Of a DNA stretch of 64,000 nucleotides, positions 39,535 to 49,721 are shown piece after piece (the stretch's first letter is position 1; every line of letters begins with the position of its first letter). A program made the position numbers and the translations under genes. Source of the DNA: an uncultured Thermoleophilia bacterium (GTDB lineage: Bacteria > Actinomycetota > Thermoleophilia > UBA2241); contig CAVXJO010000017.1 of assembly GCA_963762125.1 (NCBI GenBank), positions 302,329 through 366,328 of the forward strand. Direction: 5' to 3'. The notes under the pieces were generated by a model. That model was not told the DNA's origin. It searched no databases and saw only the letters and a list, made by a program, of their open reading frames with translations.

Positions 39535-40938
39535 CTAGAACTGGACGTAGAGGAACGGGCTCGGTTTGCTCAGGGCCAGCAGCGACGCCGCGAGGACGAT
39601 CCCGAGCAGCAGAGCGTAGCGGAGCCTCGGACGGGGCTGGATCTGCCAACTGTTGGGCAGCAGGTTCACCCAGAGAAGGCCGCCGACGATGAACGCGGCG
39701 AGCAGAGGCGCGACGCGCAGGATGCCCTCGCCGCTCACGCCCCTGAGCCCGGCCATCGCGAGCAGCACGTCGGCGGCGGCGCGCATCGACGAGGCGCGGA
39801 AGAACACCCACGCCACGGTGGCGGCGAGGAAGGTGAGGATCCGATTGAGCCAGACCCACTTCGGCGTCAGGCCGTACTTCCTGGCCACCACGTGCACCGA
39901 CTGGTAGGTGCCCCAGAGCAAGCCCCAGAAGACGAACGTCCAGGCGGGCCCGTGCCACAGGCCACCGAGCAGGAAGGTGATGAGCAGGTTGCGCACCGTG
40001 AGCAGGGTGGTCCCGCGGGAACCGCCGAGCGGGATGAAGAGGTAGTCGCGCAGCCAGCCGGAGAGGGTCATGTGCCAGCGGCGCCAGAAGTCAGACGGGT
40101 TGACCGCCTTGTACGGCGAGTCAAAGTTCTGGGGGAAGCGCAGGCCGATCATGATGGCCACGCCGACGGCCATGTCGCTGTAGCCCGAGAAGTCGAAGTA
40201 GAGCTGCAGCGTGTAGCCGAGGGCTGCGGCCCAGCCGGACAGCAGACCGAGGTGGGCGTGGTGGGAGAAGAGGTGGTTCACGTAGGGCGCCATCATGTCG
40301 GCGACCAGGACCTTCTTGGCGAGGCCCATGATGAGGAAGAAGAGGCCGGTGCCGATGAGCGCCCAACGGAAGCGCTGCTGCGAGCGCTCGAGCTGCACGC
40401 CGACGTGGCCGTAGCGGATGATCGGCCCGGCGAGGATGTACGGGAAGAGCGTGACCCAGGCCAGGTAGTGGATCACGCTCTTGGCCGGCTTGATCATGCC
40501 GCGGTAGACGTCGACGGCGTACGAGATGCCGGCGAACGTGTAGAAGGAGATACCGATCGGCAGCAGCAGCTTGATGGCCGAAAGCGGCTCGCCGGCGCCG
40601 AGGAGACGGAAGACCCCGTCCAACGAGTTGACGAAGAAGCCGCGGTACTTGAAGTAGCCGAGGAAGGCGAGGTTGACGGCGATGGCCGCCGCCAGGAGAA
40701 GCTTGCGGCGGCGGCTCGTCCCCTCAGCCTCGCTCTTCCCCAGGTAGTGCCCGGCGACCCAGTCGACGAGCGTTGTCGCCAGGAGCAACGGCACGTAGCG
40801 CCAGTCCCACAGCCCGTAGAAGAGGAGCGACGCGGCGATCAGGACCAGGAGTCGCGGGTACCCGCGCGGGATCGCCCAATAGAGGACGACGACGACCGGG
40901 AGGAAGATCAGAAGGAACGTGTAGCTGTTGAGGAGCAC
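39535..40938 (-). CDS. MBOAT O-acyltransferase (AlgI/DltB-like)
   Basis: LPIGISFYTF, AGPIIRY, QLYFDFSGYSDMA, NFDSPY, FWRRWHMTLS, GLWHG. Confidence 0.93.
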   Translation of the reverse strand: MLLNSYTFLLIFLPVVVVLYWAIPRGYPRLLVLIAASLLFYGLWDWRYVPLLLATTLVDWVAGHYLGKSEAEGTSRRRKLLLAAAIAVNLAFLGYFKYRGFFVNSLDGVFRLLGAGEPLSAIKLLLPIGISFYTFAGISYAVDVYRGMIKPAKSVIHYLAWVTLFPYILAGPIIRYGHVGVQLERSQQRFRWALIGTGLFFLIMGLAKKVLVADMMAPYVNHLFSHHAHLGLLSGWAAALGYTLQLYFDFSGYSDMAVGVAIMIGLRFPQNFDSPYKAVNPSDFWRRWHMTLSGWLRDYLFIPLGGSRGTTLLTVRNLLITFLLGGLWHGPAWTFVFWGLLWGTYQSVHVVARKYGLTPKWVWLNRILTFLAATVAWVFFRASSMRAAADVLLAMAGLRGVSGEGILRVAPLLAAFIVGGLLWVNLLPNSWQIQPRPRLRYALLLGIVLAASLLALSKPSPFLYVQF

Positions 40939-40948
40939 GCCGCCGGGC

Positions 40949-42196
40949 CTACTTGTCGCCGCCCGGCGGCTTGACCGGCGGCACGCCGCCGGTCGTCTTG
41001 AGGATGTAGTCGATCGCCTTCTCGGTGTTGACCGTCGTCATGTGCATGCCGTCGTAGAACTGCTTGGGGTCGAAGCCGAACAGGGACGGGTCGGTGAGGT
41101 CGAGGAACTTGAAGTCGTAGGTGCTCTGCAGCGAGTCGATGTACTGGACGACCTGCTCGTGGCGCGCGTCCCAGCCGAGCGGTCCGAGGACCGTGCGCAG
41201 CTTGGGGTTGATGGGCGTCAGGACGAGGAGCGGCGTGGCGCCCTGCTCGTTCATGAACGCGAGCGTCTTCTCGAAGTAGGCCTCGGACGCTGGGTCGGGC
41301 CGGCGGTAGACGTTCTTGTAGAGGTCGCTGTAGCGCTTGACCGAGTTGGGGAAGCGCCGGTCCCACTCCTTCGCGCTCCACAGGCGCTGCTTGAGCACGC
41401 CGTCGGCGAGGATCTGCTTCTGGTACTTGCTCTGGCTGTTCTTCGCCTTCTCGCGGTAGAGGATCAGCCGAACAGAGTCTTTGGCGGTGTCGAGCGAGAG
41501 CAGCGTGGTGCGGTTCTGCCAGATGGCCCGGGCCAGCTCGACGGGGCCCTGGCCCGCGGTGGCCGCGCCCACGAACTTGGCGAGGCGTCGCTCGTTGGCG
41601 GTGCGCGCCTGGACCTCGAACGGCACGAACGATTCCACGTCGACCATCCACAGGTAGGCGGGATGGGAGTCGGGCCACACCTCATGGATGAACTGCGTCA
41701 TCGCCCACGCGTCGGCGGTGCCGCCGATGCCGTTGACGCCGGCGTTGAAGGTCTTGAGGCCGGTCTTCTCCTCCAGATACGAGGGCTCGTAGCGCATCGA
41801 GCGCGAGCTGCCGAGGACGACGAGGTCCGGCGGCTGCTTGAGCGCCTCGACACGGTCGGCCTTGACCGTGCGGTCAGAGGTGGTCACGGTCGGGAACAGG
41901 TGCGTGCCCACCGAACCGTAGGGATCGGCGACGACGTTGAGCGCGAGGACGGCGCCCATGACGAGCGCTGTCACGAGCACCAGGATGAGCACGAAGAAGA
42001 ACGGCCGACGGCCGTTCTTCTGGTCCATCTCCGGCGGATCGGGGATGAGCCGCTGCTTGAGCTTGCCGGGCGCCGGAGCGGCCGTCTCGATCGCCGGCGC
42101 CTCCGCGGAGCCCGTCGGATAGCCGGGCTCACCGGGCAACGGGGGCTGCGCAAAACCGTCCGGCGGCGTCGGTGTGGGGTCGTCGGGTGGAGTCAT
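40949..42196 (-). CDS. Membrane-anchored SGNH-like protein (AlgJ/DltD-like MBOAT partner)
   Basis: TM helix plus ADPYG; VLGSSRS, FNAGVNG, FYDGMH (DxxH). Confidence 0.72.
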   Translation of the reverse strand: MTPPDDPTPTPPDGFAQPPLPGEPGYPTGSAEAPAIETAAPAPGKLKQRLIPDPPEMDQKNGRRPFFFVLILVLVTALVMGAVLALNVVADPYGSVGTHLFPTVTTSDRTVKADRVEALKQPPDLVVLGSSRSMRYEPSYLEEKTGLKTFNAGVNGIGGTADAWAMTQFIHEVWPDSHPAYLWMVDVESFVPFEVQARTANERRLAKFVGAATAGQGPVELARAIWQNRTTLLSLDTAKDSVRLILYREKAKNSQSKYQKQILADGVLKQRLWSAKEWDRRFPNSVKRYSDLYKNVYRRPDPASEAYFEKTLAFMNEQGATPLLVLTPINPKLRTVLGPLGWDARHEQVVQYIDSLQSTYDFKFLDLTDPSLFGFDPKQFYDGMHMTTVNTEKAIDYILKTTGGVPPVKPPGGDK

Positions 42197-42547
42197 AGCC
42201 TCTGTGAGCAACGAGAACAGTGAGCGGTCAGCACGGGGCTCAAGAATAGCACAGGGACGTCTGGAGGCCCGGCGGGGTTCGCTCGGCCTCCGCCGGGGAG
42301 CGGGTCACGCGCGGCCGCCCCCGGGCTTCTTGAAACGCTGCTGCATCCTCCACAGACCGAGGAGGCCATCGACGATCGCTCAGCCGTAGCTGGTGCAGGC
42401 GGGGTCGCGGGTCGGGCGAGAGGCGCCGGCCGCCGCCGGTCCGCCCGCCGGGGCCAGGCGCGGCTGCGCCCCGGGCGCCTCGGGGACGGGCTCCTCGGGG
42501 GGCTTGGCTGCGCCCGGTCCCGGTGCTTCGTCGTGCGGCGCCACCGG

Positions 42548-43147
42548 TCAGCCCGCCAGGCCCAGGTAGGCGGCGATGCGCCCGTCGAGGCCGTCGGTCG
42601 AGATCTCGTCGACGCCGCCGTTGGCGGTCCTGGTGGTGTGGAACGCGTCGATGCCGTGTCCCTCGAGGAAGCAGCGCGTGAGGCGGAGGCTGCCGCCATG
42701 CGTCACCAGCAGCGCCGTGCGCCCGTCCAGCGCGCAGTCACGCAGGCAGGCCAGCACGCGTCGCTGCTGCGCCTCGAGGCTCTCCCCGCCCGGGAAGCGG
42801 AATCTCTCGGGGTGTTCACGGTAGAGCCGCCACGTATCTGGTTCCTCGCGCATGATCGCGGTGAATCGGCGCGTCTCCCACTCACCGCGGTGCGTCTCCG
42901 CGAGTCTGGGGTCGACGATGAAGGGCAGCTCGCCGCCGAGCTCTTCGCGGAGCAGCTCGGCGGTCTCACGCGCACGCACCAGGTGGCTGGTGACGATGAG
43001 CTCAACGCCGCGCCCGTCGAGCGCGCGACCGAGGTCGCGCGCCTGGGCGCGGCCTTCCTCGTTCAACTCCACCTCGGCCCAGCCCGAGCAGCGTGTCGGC
43101 TCGCGGTTCCAGTCGGTCTGGCCGTGGCGGACGAGAAAGAGCGTCAT
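42548..43147 (-). CDS. Histidine phosphatase family protein
   Basis: LVRHGQTDWN, SHLVRARETA, PGGES, VTHGG. Confidence 0.9.
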   Translation of the reverse strand: MTLFLVRHGQTDWNREPTRCSGWAEVELNEEGRAQARDLGRALDGRGVELIVTSHLVRARETAELLREELGGELPFIVDPRLAETHRGEWETRRFTAIMREEPDTWRLYREHPERFRFPGGESLEAQQRRVLACLRDCALDGRTALLVTHGGSLRLTRCFLEGHGIDAFHTTRTANGGVDEISTDGLDGRIAAYLGLAG

Positions 43148-43190
43148 GAGTGGGTCCGGCCGATGAGCGGGGCGCGTCCTGGCGCGGCGC

Positions 43191-43943
43191 TCAGTGGAAG
43201 TGCAGCAGCGTGTCCCCGCGCACGCCCACGCGCAGCGTCTCGACGGAGATGACCTCGTCGGGCGCGATGTTGCCCAGGTTCACGTTGCTGCCGAACTCCG
43301 TGATGAACCAGGCCTGCTGCTTCTTGATCGGCGCCTCGAAGAGGAGCTGAGAGGTGTCGAACGACTCGCGGATCTCCTCCAGCAGGCCGTCCTTGACGTC
43401 GCCGCTCGGCCGGTAGATGCCAACGGTGCCACTCTCGCGGCCCTCGGTGATGACCTTCCAGGCGCCGGCCTCGAGCTCGCGCTTGATCGAGTCGATCCAC
43501 GTGGACGGCGTGATCACCACGGAGTCGTCCTTGCTGCCGACCTCGCTGAGGACCCTGTAGCGCTTGCTGAGCCTGCGCAGGATGGCGAGCTTGTCCTCCT
43601 CTTCCATGGCGACGGTGCCGTCCGAGATCTCGATGCAGTCCATGCCGCACTCGTCGACGAGCGCTAGGTACTCGTCGAACTTACCCTGGCGCAGGCAGAC
43701 CTCGAAGAACGTGCCGCCGAAGCACACGGGGATGCCGAAGCTCTGGTAGAGGGAGATCTTCTCCCTGACGTTGGGAGTCACCACGGCGGTACCCCAGCCG
43801 AGCTTGACGATGTCCACGTAGTCGCTGGCGACCTCGAGGAACTGACGCACCTGCTCGAGGCTGTAGCCCTTGTCGAGCACGTGCGTCAGACCGCTCTCCC
43901 GCGGCTTGCTCGTGCGCTCGGGGAGCGTCAGGAACTCGAACAT
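43191..43943 (-). CDS. comA: (2R)-phospho-3-sulfolactate synthase
   Basis: KPRESGLTHVLDKG, VKLGWGT, GGTFFE, IEISDG, LSEVGSK, ITEGRESG, LFEAP, NVNLGNI, ETLRVGVRGDT. Confidence 0.92.
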   Translation of the reverse strand: MFEFLTLPERTSKPRESGLTHVLDKGYSLEQVRQFLEVASDYVDIVKLGWGTAVVTPNVREKISLYQSFGIPVCFGGTFFEVCLRQGKFDEYLALVDECGMDCIEISDGTVAMEEEDKLAILRRLSKRYRVLSEVGSKDDSVVITPSTWIDSIKRELEAGAWKVITEGRESGTVGIYRPSGDVKDGLLEEIRESFDTSQLLFEAPIKKQQAWFITEFGSNVNLGNIAPDEVISVETLRVGVRGDTLLHFH

Positions 43944-44029
43944 CGGTCATCCTCCCGTGGAAGGCCGCAGGGCGTCGCGGCGCTCGCTAGATGGTACCAG
44001 ACGCCTCGTCGGCGGTCGCGCTCCCCTGC

Positions 44030-44785
44030 TCACACGGCAGTGACGCCGCCGTCCGCGACCAGAGCCGTGCCGACGACGAACGAGCTGTCGTCGCCGGCGA
44101 GGAAGACTATCGCGCGGGCGATCTCATCGGCGCGCCCGAGGCGCCCGAGCAGAGTCGACTCCACGATCTCGCGACGCTCCGTCCCGGGGTCGCGAGCGGT
44201 GGCGATGAGGTCGCTCAGGAGCGGCGTGTCGACGGGTCCCGGACACACGGCGTTGACGCGGATGCCCTCGCGCGTGTGATCGGCGGCCATGGCGCGGGTG
44301 AGCTGGAGCACGCCGCCCTTGGTGGCCGCGTAGGCTGCGCTCTCGGGAGCACCGACCAGGGCCAGCTCAGAGGCGACGTTGACGATTACTCCGCTCCCCT
44401 GGTCGCGCATCACGCGCACAGCCTCGCGGCAGCAGCGATAGACGCCGCCGAGATTGACATCGACAAGACGCTGCCACTGGTCGGGGTCGGTGTCGGCGAT
44501 CGTGCACGACAGACCGACGCCCGCGGCGTTGACCAGCACGTCGATTCGCCCGTGGCGCTCGCGGGTGACCGCAAAGAGGCGCTCGACGTCGGCCTCGCGA
44601 CTCACGTCGCAGACCGCCGCGTGGGCGTCCGCGTCCGTGTGCGCGAGTGTCGTCGCCTCGGGTCGGCAATCGCGGACGTCGGCCAGGATCACCGCCGCCC
44701 CCTCCGCGGCGAAGAGACGCGCTGTGGCGAGGCCGATGCCGGAGGCCGCCCCCGTGACGATCGCCACACGGCCGGCGAGTCTCAC
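44030..44785 (-). CDS. Short-chain dehydrogenase/reductase
   Basis: TGAASGIG, NAAG, YAATK, VNAVCPG, DGG. Confidence 0.9.
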   Translation of the reverse strand: MRLAGRVAIVTGAASGIGLATARLFAAEGAAVILADVRDCRPEATTLAHTDADAHAAVCDVSREADVERLFAVTRERHGRIDVLVNAAGVGLSCTIADTDPDQWQRLVDVNLGGVYRCCREAVRVMRDQGSGVIVNVASELALVGAPESAAYAATKGGVLQLTRAMAADHTREGIRVNAVCPGPVDTPLLSDLIATARDPGTERREIVESTLLGRLGRADEIARAIVFLAGDDSSFVVGTALVADGGVTAV

Positions 44786-45870
44786 GGCCGCGTCCGGCCG
44801 CCGGCCGGCACCTGTTGCGTGATGCAGTGGATGCCGCCGCCACCGTAGCCGACGACGGGCGCGGGCACGCCCACGACCTCCCGTCCCGCGAGAATCTCGC
44901 CCAGGTGCTCGAGGGCCGCAAGGTCGTCGGCGTTTCCCGCCGTCGGCACGATCACGGCGCCGTTCGCCTGGTAGAAGTTGACGTACGTCTCGACGATGTC
45001 CCGGCCTCCCACGGACACCGGCGCGGCGCGCAGGTCGAGCTCGACGACCTCCAACGGCCTGCCGAGAGCGTCGGTCGTCTCGAGCCGTCGCCGGTTCTCC
45101 GTGAGGTTGGCGAAGTCGGGGTGTTCGCGGTCTCTGACCATGTGCAGCAGGACTCTCCCCGGACCGATGAAGGCCGCGACGCCGTCTACGTGTCCGTCGG
45201 TGTCAGGGTCGTCATCCAGGCCGAGGCCGGACACGAGCCAGATCACCTTCTGCACTCCGAGGTAGTCTTTGAGCCGCTGTTCGATGCCCCCTTTCGTCAG
45301 TCCCGGGTTGCGCGAGGGGTGCAAGAGACAGCTCTCGGTGGTGATCAGTGTGCCCTCACCGTCCACCGTGATCGATCCGCCTTCGAGGACCATCGGCGTC
45401 GCGTAGCGCCGCACGCCGAAGTGGTCGGCTATCCGCTCGCCGATCAGGGCGTCCTGATCGTAGGGCAGGTATCTCTCGCCCCAAGAGTTGAACGCGAAGT
45501 CGGCGATCGCGATCTCCCCGCCCCGGCCGCACACGAAGATCGGGCCGCTGTCGCGGATCCACGAATCGTCCAGGGGCAACTCGAGAACCTCGATGCCGTC
45601 CGACCCGCAGTAGCTCCGCGCCTCGGCGCCCTCACCGGGGCGTGCGAGCATGAGGACAGGTTCGAAGCGGGCGATTGCCCGGGCGACCGCAGCGTAAGTG
45701 TGCTGCGCGAGCATGTAGAACTCGCCCCAGTAGTCGCGCGTGCGCGTCGGCCAGGCGATCAGGCAGCGCTCGTGCGGGGCGAACTCGGCCGGCATGCGGA
45801 ATCCGTCCGAGCGGGGGGTCGTCGGGAGCGCTTCGTGTCCCTCGCAGGCGTCTGTTGAAGTGCCGACCAT
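44782..45870 (-). CDS. Agmatine deiminase family protein 1
   Basis: RMPAEF, DDSWIRDSGP, LEGG, TDGHVD, GGGGIHCITQQ; AAGGAG RBS before ATG 45870. Confidence 0.9.
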   Translation of the reverse strand: MVGTSTDACEGHEALPTTPRSDGFRMPAEFAPHERCLIAWPTRTRDYWGEFYMLAQHTYAAVARAIARFEPVLMLARPGEGAEARSYCGSDGIEVLELPLDDSWIRDSGPIFVCGRGGEIAIADFAFNSWGERYLPYDQDALIGERIADHFGVRRYATPMVLEGGSITVDGEGTLITTESCLLHPSRNPGLTKGGIEQRLKDYLGVQKVIWLVSGLGLDDDPDTDGHVDGVAAFIGPGRVLLHMVRDREHPDFANLTENRRRLETTDALGRPLEVVELDLRAAPVSVGGRDIVETYVNFYQANGAVIVPTAGNADDLAALEHLGEILAGREVVGVPAPVVGYGGGGIHCITQQVPAGGRTRP

Positions 45871-45901
45871 GCCCCTCTCCTTCGTGTAGAACGCCGTCGA
45901 C

Positions 45902-45950
45902 CTTGACCCGGCCACGACCATAATATCTAATTGGTCAAGCAGTCAAAAGT
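45902..45950. promoter_or_regulatory. AT-rich divergent promoter/operator region of the deiminase cluster
   Basis: CTTGACC (45902-45908) and GGTCAAG (45933-45939) form an inverted repeat around CATAATATCTAAT; an extra GTCAA follows. Confidence 0.55.
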
Positions 45951-46054
45951 TGAGGCTGGGCGCGCTCGGGGGCGCCAGGCCGGACCGGCGCGGCGCGACT
46001 GTCGGCAACGACGACGCACCCGGCGGCCGAGACTCGGGAGCAGAGGGGGACGAC

Positions 46055-47668
46055 ATGGGTACGTCACGCAAGCGTGTGAACCGCGGAGGCCGCGGTGCCA
46101 TTCTGGCGGCGGTGCTGATCGCGACGCTTCTGACTATCGGCGCGCTCTCCGCTGGCTGCGGCAGCTCGAGCACGACCGCTGCGACCACCGATGCCGGGAT
46201 CCTCAGGCTCGCCTCCGATCTGCAAGTGACCACCTGGGATCCGCGGACGGCCGCCAACAGCGAGCCGCTGTATCTCGCAAACGTCTACGAGCCGCTGCTC
46301 TACGCGAACCCGCCCGGCAGCGCCGAGCCGTTCACGCCCTGCCTCGCCACCTCGTGGGAAGTCTCGAAGGACGGCATGACCTGGACCTTCCACCTGCGCG
46401 AGGGCGTGACCTTCCACGACGGCACCCCGTTCAACGCCGCAGCCGTCAAGTACTCGATTGAGGCGACGCAGAAGATCGACCTCGGGGCCGCGTACATCTG
46501 GTACCCGGTGGAGAAGATCAAGGTCGTCGACGATTACACCGTCGAGATGCAGTGCAGCTACCCGGCAGCGCTCGACCGCGTGGCGACCTCGATGTATGGC
46601 GCCTGGATGTTCTCCCCCTCGACCAAGGGTAAGGATGCCGACTGGTGGAACCTGCCCAACGAGGTCGGCACCGGCCCGTACCAGCTGGTCTCCTACGCGC
46701 CGAACGAACAGGCGGTCTTCAAACGCTACCCGGACTACTGGGGCGGCTGGTCAGGGAGCAAGCCGGAGAAGGTCGTCATCAAGTACGTCGACGAGCCGGC
46801 GACCAAGCGCCAGATGCTGGAGGCCGGCGAGGTCGACTTCGCCGACGACCTCTCGCGCGACGCCATCCCCGCCCTGCAGAAGAACCAGGACCTGAAGATC
46901 ATCGATATCCCCAGCGTGCAGAACACCCTGGTGATGCTCAACACCCAGAGCAAGCCGCTAAGTGACGTCAAGGTCCGTCAGGCACTCAGTTACGCGGTCA
47001 ACTACCAGGACGTCTTGGCCGTGGCCACCAATGGCTTCGGCAAGATCTCCCGCGGGCCGCTCCCCAGCGGTCTCTACCCCCACGACCCGAACACGCCACA
47101 GTACAGCTACGACCCGGCCAGGGCCAAGCAGCTGCTGGCGGAGGCTGGCTTCCCGGGCGGTGGCTTCGCGGTGACGATGACCTACGCCTCGGACGACGCC
47201 TTCGGCTCGAAGCTGGCGCCGGTGCTCAAGGAGAACTTCGCCGACGTCGGCGTGACCCTCGACCTGCAGCCGCTGCTCTGGGAACAGAGCTGGGCGAAGG
47301 CCAAGGGGCCGGCCAAGGGTCGCCAGGACCTCTTCGAAGTCGTCTGGTGGCCAGGCTACCCGGATGGCTATGACACCCTCTATTCGCTGTTCCACTCGGA
47401 GAAGCAGCCGCTCTGGAACATGGCCTACTGGTCGAACCAGACCTATGACGACACCATCGACACGGCGTTCAGCGAGGAGCCCGTCGACCCAGCCAAGGCA
47501 CAGGAGCTCTACAACGAAGCCCAGAAGATGGTCGTCGACGAGGCTCTGGCGCTCTATCTGTTCGACCAGGACAGCCTCTATGGCACGTTGGCGACTCTTA
47601 AGCTCGAGGACACGGCGCTCAACCCCAACTACACGTCGGTCCTCTACTTCTACCGGACGTCGAAGTGA
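46055..47668 (+). CDS. ABC substrate-binding lipoprotein, family 5
   Basis: Lipobox LSAGC; TWDP, LATSW, FHLREGVTFHDGTPF, GTGPY, VRQAL. Confidence 0.9.
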   Translation: MGTSRKRVNRGGRGAILAAVLIATLLTIGALSAGCGSSSTTAATTDAGILRLASDLQVTTWDPRTAANSEPLYLANVYEPLLYANPPGSAEPFTPCLATSWEVSKDGMTWTFHLREGVTFHDGTPFNAAAVKYSIEATQKIDLGAAYIWYPVEKIKVVDDYTVEMQCSYPAALDRVATSMYGAWMFSPSTKGKDADWWNLPNEVGTGPYQLVSYAPNEQAVFKRYPDYWGGWSGSKPEKVVIKYVDEPATKRQMLEAGEVDFADDLSRDAIPALQKNQDLKIIDIPSVQNTLVMLNTQSKPLSDVKVRQALSYAVNYQDVLAVATNGFGKISRGPLPSGLYPHDPNTPQYSYDPARAKQLLAEAGFPGGGFAVTMTYASDDAFGSKLAPVLKENFADVGVTLDLQPLLWEQSWAKAKGPAKGRQDLFEVVWWPGYPDGYDTLYSLFHSEKQPLWNMAYWSNQTYDDTIDTAFSEEPVDPAKAQELYNEAQKMVVDEALALYLFDQDSLYGTLATLKLEDTALNPNYTSVLYFYRTSK

Positions 47669-47766
47669 CCGCCACGGCGGCAGCGGGCGGCGAGCCCTCC
47701 GGCCCGCCGCCCGCGGCCTCAGCGGCATTCGCAGGCCACTCGGCGGATCTGAGCCGGCGGTAGGGG

Positions 47767-48789
47767 TTGAGCGTACGCACGTATCTTCTGCGCCGCGTCG
47801 TGCTCATGGCGTTCGTCCTTCTCGGGGTCACCGTGGTCACGTTCTTGCTGGTGCGGGTGGTGCCCTCTGACGCGGCCGCGATCTACGCCGGGCCGCGCGC
47901 CCGACCAGAGCAGATCGAGGAGGCTCGCCATATCCTTGGTCTCGACCGTCCGCTGTACGTGCAGTACGGCATCTACGTTCGCGACCTGGTCCAGGGCGAC
48001 TGGGGTACGTCGTTGCGTACGCGGCGGCCGGTCCTGGGCGACATCCTCAACTTCTTGCCCTATTCCTTGCAGCTCGTCTTCCTGTCGCTGCTTCTCTCCA
48101 TCGTGGTCGGGGTGAGCCTCGGCGCACTCACGGCCCACAGGAGGGGCAGCTGGGTAGACAACTCAACCCGAGTGCTCGCCATCGGTGGCGTCTCCATGCC
48201 GTCGTTCGTCCTGGCCGTCCTGCTTCAGATCCTCTTCTTCCGAATACTCGGCCTGTTGCCGGTCTCCAACGAGCTCGACATCACCGTCGCGCAGGCGCAC
48301 CCGATCACTCAGATCACAGGTATGACCGCCGTCGACGCCCTCGTCACCGGCAACTTCGTGGCCTTCTTCAACGCCATGGAACACCTGGTGCTACCGGTCC
48401 TGACGCTGGCGGCGTTTTCCGCCGGAGTGATCACGCGGATGACGCGCTCCGCGATGCTCGAGTCGCTGGGTCAGGACTACATCCGCATGGCAAAGGCGAT
48501 GGGCGTGCCCACACGCACGATCGTGCTGCGCTACGCGCTCAAGAACGCGATGGCGCCCGTGCTCACGGTCATCGGCCTGGAGTTCGCCTACCTGCTCGTT
48601 GGCACATTCTTCGTCGAGCGGATCTTCGCGCTCCCGGGTCTCGGGACGTACGCGACCACGTCGATGCTCAGCCTCGACTATCCGGCGATCATGGGCATCA
48701 CCGTGCTGCTGGCGCTCGTCTATGTCTTCGTCAACCTGATCATCGACCTGGTCATCGCCAGGCTCGATCCGCGCGTGGTGCTGAGCTAG
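47767..48789 (+). CDS. DppB/OppB-type ABC permease
   Basis: LGLDRPL..QY, GDWGTS, QDYIRMAKAMG (EAA loop), LDPRV. Confidence 0.92.
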   Translation: MSVRTYLLRRVVLMAFVLLGVTVVTFLLVRVVPSDAAAIYAGPRARPEQIEEARHILGLDRPLYVQYGIYVRDLVQGDWGTSLRTRRPVLGDILNFLPYSLQLVFLSLLLSIVVGVSLGALTAHRRGSWVDNSTRVLAIGGVSMPSFVLAVLLQILFFRILGLLPVSNELDITVAQAHPITQITGMTAVDALVTGNFVAFFNAMEHLVLPVLTLAAFSAGVITRMTRSAMLESLGQDYIRMAKAMGVPTRTIVLRYALKNAMAPVLTVIGLEFAYLLVGTFFVERIFALPGLGTYATTSMLSLDYPAIMGITVLLALVYVFVNLIIDLVIARLDPRVVLS

Positions 48790-48798
48790 GGGACGCCG

Positions 48799-49716
48799 AT
48801 GGAAGCATCGACAGAGAGCGCGTCGATCGGCCTTCTCGCTGACTGGCGCGTGCGCCACTCTTCGACGCTCACGGAGACGCGTCACAACCTGCGCGTCTTT
48901 CTGCGCGACAAGCTGGCCGTCGTCGGTGTCGCCTGGATCCTTTTCATGGTGTTCGTCGCCTTCGGCGCCCCGTGGATCGCCCCGTACCCGGAGGAGGGCC
49001 GCGGCAGGTCGAACCTCAGCCAGCGTTTCGAGGCGCCCAGCTCCGCCCATCCCTTCGGCACCGACAACCTCGGCCGCGACGTGCTCTCCCGCGTCATCTT
49101 CGGGGCGCGGATCCCCCTCATGATCTCGGCCCTCGTCGCGGTCGCGGTGCTGATCATCGGCCCCGTGCTGGGTGGCCTGGCCGGGTACTACGGCGGCCTG
49201 CTGGACGAAGTGATCATGCGCATCACCGACATCTTCCTGGCGTTTCCGGCGCTGATCCTGGCGATGGCGTTCGTCGCGATCCTCGGGCCGAGCCTTCAGA
49301 ACCTTGCGTTCGCGATCATCATCACCTGGTGGCCCTGGTACACGCGCCTGGTGCGCGGCCAAGCCATCTCGTTGCGCCAGCGCCCCTACGTAGAAGCGGC
49401 CAAGACGATGGGCGTTTCCAACCGCACCATCGTACTGCGTCACATCCTGCCCAACGCCTTCGGCCCGGTCATCGTGGGGATCACGCTCGACCTCGGTACG
49501 GTGATCCTCGAGGTCGCCGGGCTCTCCTTCCTCGGCCTGGGCGTCAGGCCGCCGACGCCGGAGTGGGGGCTCATGGTCTCCGAGGGGGTGGAGTACGTCC
49601 TCGAGCAGTGGTGGATCAGCATCTTCCCAGGTATCGCCATCTTTCTGCTGGTGCTCGCGTTCAACGTCGTCGGTGACGGCCTGCGCGATGTCCTCGACCC
49701 GCGGATGAAGAGGTAG
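48799..49716 (+). CDS. DppC/OppC-type ABC permease
   Basis: HPFGTDNLGRDV, YVEAAKTMG, HILPN, LSFLGLG, GDGLRDVLDP. Confidence 0.92.
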   Translation: MEASTESASIGLLADWRVRHSSTLTETRHNLRVFLRDKLAVVGVAWILFMVFVAFGAPWIAPYPEEGRGRSNLSQRFEAPSSAHPFGTDNLGRDVLSRVIFGARIPLMISALVAVAVLIIGPVLGGLAGYYGGLLDEVIMRITDIFLAFPALILAMAFVAILGPSLQNLAFAIIITWWPWYTRLVRGQAISLRQRPYVEAAKTMGVSNRTIVLRHILPNAFGPVIVGITLDLGTVILEVAGLSFLGLGVRPPTPEWGLMVSEGVEYVLEQWWISIFPGIAIFLLVLAFNVVGDGLRDVLDPRMKR

Positions 49717-49721
49717 CGGCG

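Noticed and set aside
43191-43943. Coenzyme M biosynthesis
   Set aside because: No comB/C/D/E or other CoM genes in the window; ComA alone shows only phosphosulfolactate synthesis.
45950-46054. Guanidine riboswitch upstream of the SBP (also checked before 18755)
   Set aside because: No paired ACGR-loop hairpins or ykkC-like consensus recognised by eye; an Rfam scan would settle it.
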